NCBI GenBank assembly: GCA_033442325.1
Contig: JAWQFM010000021.1
Coordinates: forward strand, 155,840 to 219,839
From: Salpingoeca rosetta
Taxonomy: Eukaryota > Protista > Choanoflagellata
Direction: 5' to 3'
DNA length: 64,000 nt
Below the pieces are notes generated by a model. The model ran no database searches. It saw only the letters and a list, made by a program, of their open reading frames with translations, and was not told where the DNA came from. Below, piece after piece: positions 44,782 through 58,194 of the stretch. Both the position numbers and the translations under genes were made by a program. The number at the start of each line of letters is the position of its first letter. Position 1 is the first letter of the stretch.

Positions 44782-45444
44782 GCGTGTGTACATGTGTACG
44801 TGTGTGTTGCTTTGAACAATCGTGTGCGTGTTCGTGCATGTGCATGCATTGTTGTGGTTGCTGCTGCAACAAGACAACACACCCTTAACCGTGCCCTCCT
44901 CTCCCTCTCCCCCACCTTGTCCTCTCCTCTGTGCAGTGATGATGGTCGGCGCATGCAGCGTGCCGTTCCCCTGCCAGCAGCGCTCCAGCAGCGCGCCATG
45001 GAGACCAGAGAGCAGAACAGGGGCTTCTCCGAGCGCCCGCGCGGCCGTGGGCGCGGCAGGGGCCGAGGAGGTGGCCGCGGCCGAGGTGGCGGCCGAGGTG
45101 GCGGCCGCGGTGGGCCTCGTGGTGCCCCTCGCGGCGGGTCTCGTGGTGGGCGCGGCTTCGGGCGCGGGCGTGGCGGCCACGGCCCAGAGCACCGCAGCAG
45201 GAGCAGGGATCGCGATCGCGGCCGCGGCGGTTATGAGCGCAGCAGCCGCGGCCGGGACCGCAGCAGCGGCAGCGTGGATCGGCGCCGAAGCGCGGATCGC
45301 CGCAGCATGGACCGCGGTTACGACCGCCGCCGCCCCAGCACCGCAGACGGCTCCTACAGGCGATCGAGCGCGGGCCGCGACGGCGAGCTGCCCCCAAAGA
45401 TGAGGCGCACAGACAGCTCCAGGGACGTGAGGGGCAGGTACTGA
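39125..45444 (+). CDS. hnRNP U/UL-like protein (SPRY + P-loop NTPase + RGG) with an additional La motif
   Basis: SPRY: GFRWLWTGAR, VRVGLS, GDDTFGWAY, ISFYKNG. Walker A: LVGLPGSGKT. Also FFIVDQTN and AVLHMMKNF, two RGG tracts, La motif IVKQVEFYFGDENLPQDKFL, and an RS/RD-rich tail. Confidence 0.85.
40809..41194. repeat. (GTT)n-TAA composite repeat; also at about 42615-42740 and 44558-44780
   Basis: GTT runs punctuated by TAA in three introns of the same gene. Confidence 0.9.
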
Positions 45445-45854
45445 CCTGACGGCAGGGGTGCGCGCGACGGTGCCCGTTGTGTCGGTTCCGTGTTGCCGTT
45501 GGTGTGTGTGTGTGTGTGTGTGTGTGCTGTTGCGTGTGCATTTGCGTGTGCAGTTGGTGTGTGTGTGTCCGTGCGTCTGGAGTGGAGTTTAACTCCTTTG
45601 TTCTGGTGCGGAATTGTCACGAGCAATCCTACCGGTGATGTCATCATAGAAATTCTGGAATGCAACCGATCAAATTTCGCTTGTGGGTTGAAGGAGTGAT
45701 GGTTCGCGACTTGGCAAAACCACTAAACAAGGGAAACCGCAACTCTCGCAACACAATTGATGATGCACCATGATCCCCAAAAGCTTCATTTACCCTCGCC
45801 CCTTTCTCCCCACAACACTGACATCCCACTCCTGCTGACAAACAAACGAGCACC

Positions 45855-46214
45855 ATGCCCGGCGACAAGAAGAAGAAGGACAAGGACAAGAAGGACAAGA
45901 AAAAAGTTGACAAGTCACCAAGCAAGAGCAAGAAGCAGAAGAAGCGACCTCTGAATGGGCTGGACTTGCTGACAGAGGCTTGCGTGTATGTTGAGGAACA
46001 AGAGAGGTATCAGTCTCGGCAAAAGCAAGAAGAGAATCGTCCTGGAAGGCACTCGGCACGAACACGAGCTATTCTGAATGCTTGGTATGAAGCGAACATG
46101 GACAAGAACGGCCGTGCATATTTGTCTGAGGAGGAGAAGGTGCGGCTTGCGCACATCTGCAACTTGAAGCCAAAGCAGGTGGCGACCTGGGTCAATAACA
46201 GGCGCAATCGCTGA
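45855..46214 (+). CDS. Small intronless TALE-like homeodomain protein (119 aa)
   Basis: RAILNAWY...AYLSEEEKVRLAHICNLKPKQVATWVNNRRNR matches the TALE/KN homeodomain pattern. Lys-rich N-terminus. Confidence 0.78.
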   Translation: MPGDKKKKDKDKKDKKKVDKSPSKSKKQKKRPLNGLDLLTEACVYVEEQERYQSRQKQEENRPGRHSARTRAILNAWYEANMDKNGRAYLSEEEKVRLAHICNLKPKQVATWVNNRRNR

Positions 46215-46456
46215 CGCGCATAACTGCGCTTTTCTACTCGCCCTATTTGCCGTGCTGTATACGAAGTGATTTCTACATGCGTGTATTTGCGTGCGTGCTT
46301 TTTACTTGGGGCCATCACTGGTTCTGACTTGCTCGAATGCCAGTATGTATGTTCTTCAATAAACCGACAAAACTGAACAGCATTCCAGGCACAACCGCAA
46401 GCACAAGCCATCACCTTCACATGCCACACACACACACACACACACTTCATCATCTT

Positions 46457-47551
46457 CTAGTCCTTTTTCGGCTCCGAGTTTTCGTCTGCCCTCCCATCAT
46501 CGTCTGTCACAATCTCCACCTCGTCACCTTCCTCCTCCTCCTCCTCCTCCTTCTTCTTCTCCTCCTGCTGCTGCTGCTGCTGCGTGTCTGTGACAGGCGG
46601 CGGTGCGGGCGTGTCGGTGATGAGGTGTTCGTATTGCTCGGGCACGGATGCTTCACCGTGGTCGCCATCGGCTGCGTGCTGTTTGTTGGCCGCTGCCGGC
46701 TCGAGCACGTTCAGGCGAGCGAGGACCCTGACCAGGCAGGCGACCTCAAAGTCGTCACGTGGGGACACGGCGGTGGCGAGCTCATGCAGCTGGAACGAGG
46801 CGCCGTCGCCGTCCTGGAGTCCCTGCACACGCTTCAGCAGTTGCTCCAGCTGCGGCGTGTGGCGGAACTCCACCCTCTGCGTGTTTGTGTGTGTGTGTGT
46901 GTGTGTGCGTGTGTGTGTGTGTGCGTGTGTGTGTGTGTGCGTGTGTGTGTGTGAGCGTTGACAAAGACACCATGATCCAATGCCCCGAGCTGCTGCGTGC
47001 TATAATTTTCCGCCGTTCTCGCTGGCCGGTTGGTGCTCGCCAGTTCAGTCCACCCACCCTCCTCCCTCTGCTTCATGGTCTGAAGCCATTCACACGCCAC
47101 TCCACTGTGCGCGCCCTCTGAACCACCGTTTCCTTGCTCAGCACACGCACCTGCGGCTGGGAGGCAGCTTCAGCGCCTGCGGTAATGGTGATGGAGGACT
47201 TGTTCACTTGGAAGGACCACGGCGTTGCTGTAAAGGCCACAGATGTGGTTGGGTGCAGTGCCACTGCACTAAACGACGCTGGGTCTGCAGAGAACAACAT
47301 GCACGCATGGGCAGTGAGGCATGTTGCGCGCGTGTGGTTGTACGTAATTGTGTGTGCGTGTGTGCGTGTGTGCGTGTGGTGGGTGGTCAAAGCTCATGCT
47401 TTGGTGGGCACCACCAACGGGCGGTGCGCCTCTCCGGGATGCAAACAGCGCAATGCAGGCGACACAACACACACACACACACAACCCACACACACACACA
47501 CACACACCACACACACAAACCCACACCCACACACACACCCACACCCACCCA

Positions 47552-47593
<42 letters not shown>

Positions 47594-47968
47594 CACACAC
47601 ACACACATGCCTTCATACACAACGCACCGATTTCAAGCCCCTTTGCGTGAAGCTTTGCCGTGTAGTCGACAAAGACGGAGTTTCGCTTGAGAGCGTTGGG
47701 CAGGACCGTCTTCAGCAGCTCGTGGTCCTCCATCACGTCGCCGAGAAGATCATCAAGGAACGCAATGCCTTTCGCCCGCAGCTTCCCAGACACCTGCACA
47801 CCGATAAGTGAGTGTGTGAGTGTGCCTGTGTGTGAAAACGGCGTGCGTACGCGGCACGCACATTTGATGAAGCGACAGCACATGATAGTGAAGGAAGCAC
47901 GTGCCAGTGTCTTTTGAACAGACCCCTTCCCCGCACACACACACGCACACACACACACACACGCACAC

Positions 47969-48063
<95 letters not shown>

Positions 48064-49030
48064 ACACACACGAACACACACACACACACACAAAACGTAC
48101 AGCGTCACATTGGGAAACGGAGGCAATGGGGACGGCCGGTGTGCGCGGGCGACAGAGGTTGAGGAGATCAAAGACTTTGGGCATTGTCACGCCCTTGGCC
48201 AGCTTGTCCACAAGCGCAGACACCGCAGCAACGCGCTCAGCATCAGCTTCTACTGCCACGCAAGAGAAACGCGGGGTGAAACAGGGAGTGGCATCATGTT
48301 GGCACAAGGAGAAATCGCAAGCAGAGCGTGAGCAGCAGCAGCAGTGAGGGCGAGGAAAGTTTGTTGCTGCACATGCAAGCGTGTCTGCACGCGTAACTTG
48401 TTGCTGTGGGAACGTATGGTGGCTTCAGCAAAGGCACACGCACGCACAGACGCACACACATACACACACATACACACATATACACACATATACACACACA
48501 CTTGGTTTTCACTTTGCGCAGCCCCAATCACAGTCATCAACTCGCCAGCACAAACCTTGCTGGGCGAGCCTGTCCTTGCACTGCTTGACGGTGTAACCGA
48601 TGGCAGAGTGAACAGAGGGCACAGTCACGCCCGCGAGCGCTCTAGTGTGTGCGTGCGTGTGTGTGTGTGGGGAGGGAATGCGGGTTGTTGTAAGGTTTCA
48701 TGAGTTTGCGTATGCATGTGTGTTTATCTCGTGTGGCAGGAAGCACCAGCGTTCTCTATACACACACATATACACACACATACACACAGACCGCAGCGCC
48801 GCAGCAGGAACTGACCTGTACCACCAAGGAAGGGAGCGACGCAGTTCGTAATGGAGCGGTTCCTCTGCCGCCGCCGCCACCGCCGCTGTCGTCGCATCTG
48901 CAAGCGCACCCATGCACTGAAGCATCTCTGCACATGCAGTTGAGGCAGTGCGCATGTGTGTGCGTGTAATGCGCGCGCGTGTGTATTTAACAGTGAGCCA
49001 CACCACCACAAACACATGGCCAGCAGCAGC

Positions 49031-49073
<43 letters not shown>

Positions 49074-49075
49074 GC

Positions 49076-49157
<82 letters not shown>

Positions 49158-50031
49158 AGCGTCAGCGACCAATTCAACATTCTCACCTTGGACGGATGGG
49201 GCGTCGTCGCCAAGCAAGGTCTCCACGCGAGCGGCAACAAATGGTTTGCTGACGTCAGCAATATCGCGATAGAAGTCAACCCACTCCAGGTTCTTTGTCT
49301 ACCCATTGTGGTTGGTGAAGATGATGAATGGTGATGATGATGATGATGATGATGATGATCAAATGAGACGGAAGGTACGAACATGCACCATCCCCCCCCC
49401 ACTCACACACACACACACAGCCACCACGAACCGGAGAGACGGTGAAATGGAGGGAAGGATAGTCGCCCGCGCTCTTTGCGTAGTGGGGCATGCCACGCGG
49501 AATGAACAGGACATCCCCGGCCGTCAGCAGGGGCTCCGCCGCCGTGTCCGCCGCAACCGTGCTCGCAGGCCGCTCCCACGGTCGACCAACCATCTGCTCC
49601 CACGCAACACATGCATGTGCACAGCCTAGCGCGTGAGTGGGCGAGCGAATGCCGTGATTGCGCAAGTGTGCTGGGGCGAGTTGCAAGTGTATGTCGCCTA
49701 GCCTGCCACTCCACGAGACCACGGGCTCAACCAAACAGAGGCATTGCTTGCAAGCAAGCATGCTGTCAACAATGACCTGGTGACGCAAAGGCATCGGGAA
49801 CTTGGTGTTCTTCAGCACCCACTCCTTCCGCCCATCCGTCTGCACAATAAGGCCATCCTGCAGGGCGATGAACATGGACATGTGCGGGTGCGTGCGTGCA
49901 TTGCGGGTGCTTGTGAGCGCGAAGAGTGCAAAACAAGGACTCTCTCTTCTCAGAAAAGGCTCCACTTGCATGTCACACAAGTACATGTCACACAAGTACA
50001 TGTCACACACACATGTTTCACACACACACAT

Positions 50032-50068
<37 letters not shown>

Positions 50069-52026
50069 GTTCACACCAAACACACGCACGCACACACACA
50101 AGTTTCACACACACACAAGTTTCACACACACACACATGTTCACACCAAACACACACACGCACACACACACACACACGCACACGCACACACCTTGTTGTCA
50201 GTGTGCTCGACAAATCCCTGGCTGGCGCGCGGGGTGAGATACATATTGGCCATGTACGCAAGCCCAGTCTCTTGCTGCACACCATGCATGAGCCTGAAGC
50301 AACACCAGCAAGCCATCAGCACAGGCACATGTGTGAATGATGGGAGAAGAAGCTGTATCCACGCATGTGTCGTGGCATTTGCAGGCATGCACTCACTCCC
50401 GCGCTCGCATGCGTGCAAACACGATGAATTGCACGACCCCACGCCACACTCACCCTGCGAGTGGCTGCCAGTAAGCGGGGACGATGTTGCAGACGATGGT
50501 GCATCCGTCCAAGTACGCGTGGTACGCATCGGGGTATTTGTCGTTCAGGCTGCCCATGCCGTGCTTCACCTGAAGGCGTGCGCAGGAAACAGCAACGCGC
50601 CAGCCGTGTGCGTGCGTCACATATTGGATGGTTGCTTGGGAAGAACAGGAAGCGAAGCCGATGTCGTTGGAAAGGGAGAGAAACAGGCAGGCTCCACGAG
50701 ATTGACAATACCTCAAGACACACACACACACACACAGACACACACAGACACACAGACACAGACACAGACACAGACAGACACACAGACAGACACACACACA
50801 CACACACAGACACACACAGACAGAGGGGACGTACGAAAGCGCAGTTTGCCTGGGTCTTATTTGTCTCGGGAGAAAGCAGCTCTTCATCGTGCGCGGTGGC
50901 GGCATGAATCTCTGTGGCATTGCAGTCGACCAAAAGTGAGCTTGCTGAGACAGGAAGCACAGGGCAAGCAGGCATGCACGCAGGCAGGCAAACGAAACAC
51001 ACAACGAGACAGTCAGACACTCACACACACACATGCACACACACTCACACACACACACTAACGCAGGAGAAGGTCAATGTGGGAGAGGTTGGAGTTGAGC
51101 CCCGCGTAGTAGTCGTCAACGCGCTTGATGTGAAACGGGTGCTCGTCCGTGTATGTGTAGAAGAGGTTCACCAGCGACAACGGGGAAATGACCTTGGACA
51201 GAGCACCGGGAACAGCTGCAACCAAGCCGAAAAAGGGCACCATCAGTCCAGCGACCACAATGGAACAGCGAGCGAAAACACAACAAGCAACATCACACGA
51301 TCGTGTGCTCCACACGTGATCCCATCCCTACCGTGGTCGTTTGGGCCTTCAATGTCAAACTCAATCTGCCAACCACAGCGTGAACCAATCAACCAACAGC
51401 GTCCAGTGTGAGCGCAGCTCCTGCCTCGTGCAAATGCACACAACAGCGCAAACACCCCGATCGCCCTCACAACGCACACACACATATGCATACACGTTGT
51501 GTATTACCTGAGGATGAGCAGCAAAGGGAACGGCTGGGTCGTGAGGGGAAGAGGCTGGCTGCTTGCCCTGCTCCTTCACGTCCTGCTCTTCTTGGTTGTC
51601 GTCTGGCTGCTGCAGTTCCTCCGCCACTTTCTTGGACGTTGCCACCTTCATACGCTGCACAAACGACAACGCATCTTCTTCACCACCATCGCTGCCCTTC
51701 TGGGTCTCGGATGCCGGCTCCGGTGTTGCCGCGGGCTCCTCATGCGCTCCTGCTGGTTGCTGCTGCTGCTGCTGCTGCTGCTGCGGTTTGGGTGGTGCTG
51801 TCGATGGTGTTGTTGATGGTGGTGGAGTCGTTGTCGTTGGAGACAGCACCACAAATGCCAGTGCACCCAACAGCACCAAAGCCAATGCAATGGACACCAG
51901 CTTTGCTGCCCCTACACCGCCACCGCCAGCCTGCTTGGCAGCCTTCTTCTGACTCTGCTTCTTGTCACTGCCACCTTGCGCAGTGGCCGTCACAGCCTTC
52001 TTCTTCCTCTGTCGCACGTCCGCCAT
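46457..52026 (-). CDS. JmjC (ROX/NO66/ycfD-like) 2OG-Fe(II) oxygenase with N-terminal type II membrane anchor; multi-exon
   Basis: ANMYLTPRASQGFVEHTDNK/DGLIVQTDGRKEW (HxD), AGDVLFIPRGMPHYA (distal His), SLHFT. N-terminus MADVRQRKKK...LVSIALALVLLGALAFVVL. The exon structure of the 3' half is only partly resolved. Confidence 0.8.
49021..49154. repeat. Compound (AAC)n(AGC)n microsatellite
   Basis: Directly visible. Confidence 0.9.
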
Positions 52027-52130
52027 ATCCTTCTTCCTCCAAAACAGCAGAGCAAACAAAAGTAAAAACTTTATGGTGCGGGTGATTCGATGTTATTTTA
52101 AACACGGGAACTGCTTGTGTGTGAGCGGAT
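52027..52130. promoter_or_regulatory. Putative compact bidirectional promoter
   Basis: Only 104 bp, relatively AT-rich, separate the inferred divergent ATGs of the JmjC and RING genes. Confidence 0.5.
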
Positions 52131-54157
52131 ATGGGTGCAGTGTTGGCGACTACGTTTCCGCTCAGGCCCTTCACGCCAGCGCGGCCGCCGCTGCTGTTGT
52201 CTGGTCGCGACTGGCAAACCTTCCACGCCGTCCGCCTCGTCCTCGCCGGTGTGTGTGTGTGTGTGTGTTTGTTTGTGTGTGTTGTGTGTTGTGTGTTGTG
52301 TGTTGTGTGTTGTGTGTGTCTGTGTGTGTCTGTGTGTGTGTGTCTGTGTGTGTGTCTGTGTGTGTGTCTGTGTGTGTCTGTGTGTGTGTCTGTGTGTGTG
52401 TGTCTGTGTGTGTGTGTGTCTGTGTGTGTGTGTCTGTGTGTGTGTGTGTTTGCTGCAGCATTTTGTGTTGTGCGTCAGTCTGGTTTTGTCTGCCCGGTGT
52501 GCTCAACTTCATCTGCTGGATACGATCCCTCCCCACCCCAAACCTCCTCTCACAACGAACAGGCTGGGCGATTGCGAGCTACATCAAAGGTCATCACTTG
52601 CGGGAGAATGTCGTCAACGCATCGCCGTTCTTCCAGCTGCACCTGCGGCCAGAAGCCCGCAAGTTCCTCAAGACGGCCCACTTTGTGCTATGGTACGTGT
52701 CTTCGCGGTTGGTGCTCACGTCCACCAACGCCCGCAGCGTGCTGAAGCGCATCGTCATGCTGCTGCGCAGATACAACCCACGCATCGTGGCGCTGGTGGC
52801 CGCGCTGGCCGTCGTCTCCTTCGACGAGGCCCTATTCATGGCCGTCCACCTCTTGATGAACGCAAAACGAAACCTCATCGGCCGCCCCTGGCAGCACCCG
52901 CAGCAAGAGCGACAGCCTTCAGACGCACCACAACAACACCGCCCGCACCAACGGCGGCGGCGGCAACGGCGGCAGAAGCACGGCCACCAGCAACACCAAC
53001 GCCGCGATCTGTTGTCGACTTCACCGTCGCCATATCCACGCCCGGCATCGTCCCTCGCACATGCAGCTGCATCGTGGACGGCAGCACCAGGGGACGGCAC
53101 AGAGGCACCCCCATATCCACTCGTCTCGCCTTCGCTGCAGCCTGGCCACAGCCTAGCGGCCTATCCACACCGTGAGCTTGGGCAGAGCGGGACAGATTAC
53201 CTTCATGATGATGTTGACGATGACGATGATGATGTTGATGTTGATGATGTTGATGATGTTGATGATGATGATGTTGAGAGCGTCCGTAGCAGCGACAGCA
53301 GCAGCGATGCTGATGATCTGTACAGCGATGCTGCTGACGAAGATGGAGCGGGCAGGCGGGGCGGGCCAGTGAGCAGAAGAACAAGAAGAAGAACAAGAAG
53401 AAGAACAAGAAGAAGAATGGGGCGGCGGCGTGCGCATATTCGGGAGGAGCCTGTTGGGGAGGATGACAGAATGCTGTTGCTGGACACACCCACCATCCCA
53501 TCGCCACCAGTACAAGATAGTGACGGCCGTCGTGACAGCACCCTCACGACGACTGTGAGTTATAGCGCAGGCAGGAGCATCGCCGCTGGTGACGGTGGCA
53601 CTGTTGCACACAGAGCTAGTCACGATGATCGTGACAATGATGCTGACGATGTTGCTGACAATGGGAATAACTGTCGTGGCGGCGATGATGACGCTAATGA
53701 TGATGATGACGCTAATGATGATGATGACGATGGCAATGACGGTGACGCTGGCGTTAACCGTGTTGATGATATGGATGGCGCCGGCATGCGAGATGGGCCA
53801 ATGTGCAGCATCTGCCGGGAAGTAACGCGGACACGCCGCGTGTTCTCGTTCTGTCCCGTCAGCGATTCCCACGTGTGTCACTGGGATTGCATGCAGGCAT
53901 GGTACGACAGCGGGCAGGCCATGGCGCACTGCTGCCCCGTGTGCCGCACGCGCTTACAGCTGACGCCCACACCGCTGCACGACCACATCGTCATCACCTT
54001 GCTCTCCAAGAAGTACTGGACCAGCGTAGCAAACCGAACGCTGCTGCACGTCGCCTCGCTCAGCACGGCCGTTGTCGGGTACGCAACCCTCGTTGGTCTT
54101 GACGCTATGCGCAAAGTCTACCGCCCGGGCCACGGCAGGCGCCTGCCGCTCTCATGA
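52131..54157 (+). CDS. RING-finger protein with hydrophobic segments (putative membrane E3 ligase)
   Basis: Exons 52131-52248 (phase 1) and 52563-54157. RING: CSIC...C.....HVCHWDC...W...CPVC. Acidic low-complexity middle. The MGAVLA start is a possible myristoylation site. Confidence 0.75.
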
Positions 54158-54670
54158 CCTGCTTGACAAAACGGACACTGGGGACAAGAGCATGGTTGTG
54201 CTCAAATCATGCACGTGACCGTATGTGTGCATGAGTCTGTGAGATTTATCGTCCTGGTGGGGTGTCACCATGGTTTTGTTCTTCCGTGTTGCGACAACCG
54301 CCACTCGTTACACTGGGTTCTACTGCCTTGTTGCTGGGGATGACTACTGAGGGGCGTGAGAGCATGGAAACCAGCCAAGAGGAAGGAATAAACGACAGGA
54401 ATAAGCAGCACGCAGGCCAAAATGACGGGCGATCAAACATGCACAGGGGTTGTGGGAGGAGGGGGGGGGGTTGCAAGAAATACACAGCCAGCATTTGGGG
54501 AGGTAGTGTAGGTGGAAACTCAGACAGGCAAGCTGATTCCCTGACAGAACGAGACTGCATCAGATTTCACACACACAAACACGCATGTGCATGTACACAC
54601 ACGCATGTACACACACGCATACACACACACACACAATCACAATCACAATCACACATAGATCCAGGCCGCA

Positions 54671-57372
54671 TCAGCCGTAGGTGGGCCTGCCCCTGCGTGC
54701 GGCGCCACGTGCACCGCTCGTTGATGCCGCGCTGCGTCGTGTGGACGCAGAGCTTCGCGCAGAGAGGGGCCGTGACCCAGACACGCTCAGGCCACCGAGC
54801 CCGCCGGCACTCGCTGTTGTCCGTGTGCCCCGCGGGCCAGCGGAGGTGCGCCCTGCTGTCACGGTTGTCGACTTGCGTGTGCCGCGTGTGCGGGCAGCGG
54901 TTGAGCGGGTTGTCGGGCGGGTGGTGAGCCCGCTCCGCCCAGACTCGGGCCGCGTCGGCAGCCCAAACTGTACACATGCAACGCATACGCACGTGGATGA
55001 ACACGAGTCGTGCGTGGTATTGTGATTGTGTGTGTGTGCACGCGCAATGTGTGTGTGTGTGTGTGTGTGCTGTGGCTCACCTCAAAGGTGGTGGTTGAGA
55101 CGGGGCGCTGCGATGTGTACTTGGCGACGACGTCGTTGGCCGTGGGCGGGAGCGTGCGCTGGGTCGTCCTGCGTGTGCTGCGCGTCGACGCAACGCTGCT
55201 GCCGCGCGAGCTCTGTACACACGTCATCGTGGTGAGGGAGTGGTGGTGGTGGTGTGTGTGTGGGGGGGGGGTGAGGTGAGACGAGAATCACGCTTGCGAG
55301 GCGATAACCCAGCACACATGAGCAAGCAAGCGAGCAAGCAAGCAAGCAAAACAAAACAAAACAAACAAACAAACAAACAAACAAACAAACAAACAAACAA
55401 ACAAACAAACAAACAAACAAACAAACAAACAAACATACATACAAAGAAACAAACACACACACACACACGCGCGCACGCAAACATAAACAAGCATAAACAA
55501 ACACAGTCCTTACCCCGTATCTGCTGCCGGGGACGCTGTGTGTGGGCGCCTTGATGCCGTGCTGGTCATAGAGCATCTGCAGCTGCACAGCAACGTCGGC
55601 ATTGTTGCGCACAACACCGTCAATCCCACGCATCATGCGGCCGATGGTGTCTCGCAGCTGCCGCAGCTGGAAGTCCTTGTGCGCCAGCTCAGCGTCGTTG
55701 CCGTCTGCCTTTGCACGTGCCGCGTGCTCGGCCTTGAGCTGCTCGCTCTGGCGGGTTGCGCGCTGCAGCTTGTGCTGATGGTGGTGGCAAGGAGGAGGTG
55801 TTGAACAAGGGGGAGGGGGAGGTGTGATGATGAGGAGATAGAGGGAGAAGGATGTGGGTTGCCGGTAAACATTTGTTCAACGTCAACGATCATGTGAAGC
55901 AACACCGATCAGGTGACAAATATTGACCCGCACCACCTCGACTTTTCCAATACAGCAACGGACCTCGCAAACTCCAACAGCTACAAGCGCATCACAACCA
56001 CAACCACACCTCACAACTGTAACACATACACACGCCCCTTTACGTTCTGCCCACAACTCACAACTGCAACCACACCACCACCACCAGCACTCCATGTGCC
56101 TTCATCGCACCATCTGCTCTGTGAGTTCGGAGTCGAGAGCGGAGAGTTCTGCTGCTGCGCGGTCGACCTGCGACTGCAGCTGCTGCTCGTCGCGGGCGGC
56201 AGCGAGATCCGCCTCCTCCAGTGCACGCAGCTCCGCATCAAGCTCGTTGCGCTCGTGGTTGAGCGCCTTGTGCTTCTCAAGAAGCGTGTGGTACTGCAGG
56301 GGAGGGCATTGGGGGGGGGGGGAGGTTGGATCGAGACAGCGCGAGGTGGATGCGAGCCAGCAAAGGAGAGGAACGGTGGAGTCAAGCGTACTCTAATTGT
56401 CAGACACAAGCACACACACACACACACACAGACACAAACGCATACACAAACACAGACACAAACGCAGACACAAACACAGACACAGACACATACACAGAGA
56501 CACAAACACATACACACAGAAACATACACAAACACACACACACACAAACACATACACACACACACATACACACATCATGCATACCTTCTTCTCGAGCTGG
56601 GCCTTTGTCTGCTGCTCGGGTGTGTCCTCGCTCACACCGCGGAGAGAGTGCTTGAGCTTTGTGTTGCGTTTTGTCATCTTGGACAGCGTCTTGTGCAATC
56701 CCCGCAACTGGCGCTCCTCCTCTGTAATCTGTTCCTGCAGCTCATCGCCCTGTGCAACGTGGCGTTATTGCACGCAGGATGCAGGATAGGGGATATGGAG
56801 CGTGGGACGTGAGCGGGTGAGCGAACGCAAGTGTGGGAATGTGTGCATGTGCGTACTTGTGTGTGTATGTGTCTGTTTGTGTGCGTGCTTGCATATCCAT
56901 GGCGATTGGATGGATTGCCAAGCACAAGTCAACCAAGATAGCCAGCGTCTCAAACAACATGATTCCACAACCAGCCCGTCCACTCAACCACCACACCACC
57001 AACACGACCACCCACCAACACGACAACCCCCGCCCCCAACACCACCACCACCACCGCCACCGCCATGGTCACCTGGCGCTGCAGCTCCTCCCGCTCCTGC
57101 GCGTGCTTGACAAGGTAGTACGCGTGTGTCTTCGGCTCGCCGTCGTCTGTGGAATCCATCGACATGACAATAATTTCGTACCGCTTCTTCAGCTGGTCAA
57201 TGCGCCCAAACCGCTCGTTCAGCTCTGGGCACAGGGGGAGGGAGGGGGATGGGGACAGGCGCGGTGGTGAGAACGGGAGATGGGGAATGCGAACTCATTT
57301 TAACTCATGTAGACGTGCGGCACTGCACACACATACATACACACACTGCACACACACAAAAGCACACGCACG

Positions 57373-57412
<40 letters not shown>

Positions 57413-58108
57413 CAAGCACACACACAGACACACACAGACACACACAGACACACACAGACACACACAGACACACACCTTTGTTGATGGCAGACTTGTCAGC
57501 CTCCACCTCCCTCTGCTGCTTCTGCAACAGGTCCTTGTGGATCTGAATTTCCTCCAGCCTGTCCTTCATCGTCTGCTGCAGCTGCAGCTTGCGCTGCTCC
57601 AGCGTGTACACGCGGTCCGCCTTGTCGTTAAGCGCCTGTCGAACGCGTTTAATCTCCAGCTTGAGAATGTTCTCCTCCACCAGCAGGTCCTCCTTGGACG
57701 TCACTGTGCGTTTCAAGTCCTTCTCCAGGCGTTTCGTGGCGAGCGTGAGTTGCGTAATGTACTCCTCCTGCCGCTTGTGCTCCTCTGCGTCCGTGTCCAT
57801 CCGGCGCCGCCCAACGCGAATCTGGTCATCAATGGCACTGATCTGCTGGTGCAGCAGCTTGTTCGTCTGCTGCTGCGCCGACAGCTGCTCCTTCAACTCC
57901 GCAATCTGCGCCTCGTACTTCTCCTTCTCTCCGCTCGTCCTGGCACCCAAAACGTGGTGGTGGTGGAGGTGGTGGTGGTGATGATGAGAAATTGCGTGTG
58001 TTTGGTGCAAAATGCGTGAAACACGTGCAGCAGTCACAAGCGCACACACATGAGCACAGGCAACAAGGCAAGCAGAAGCATGTGGGTACACAGACACACA
58101 AAAGCAAA

Positions 58109-58194
<86 letters not shown>

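Noticed and set aside
51962-52562. N-terminus of the 731-aa ORF
   Set aside because: It reads through a (GT)n intron and overlaps the JmjC gene; splice phase supports the ATG at 52131 instead.
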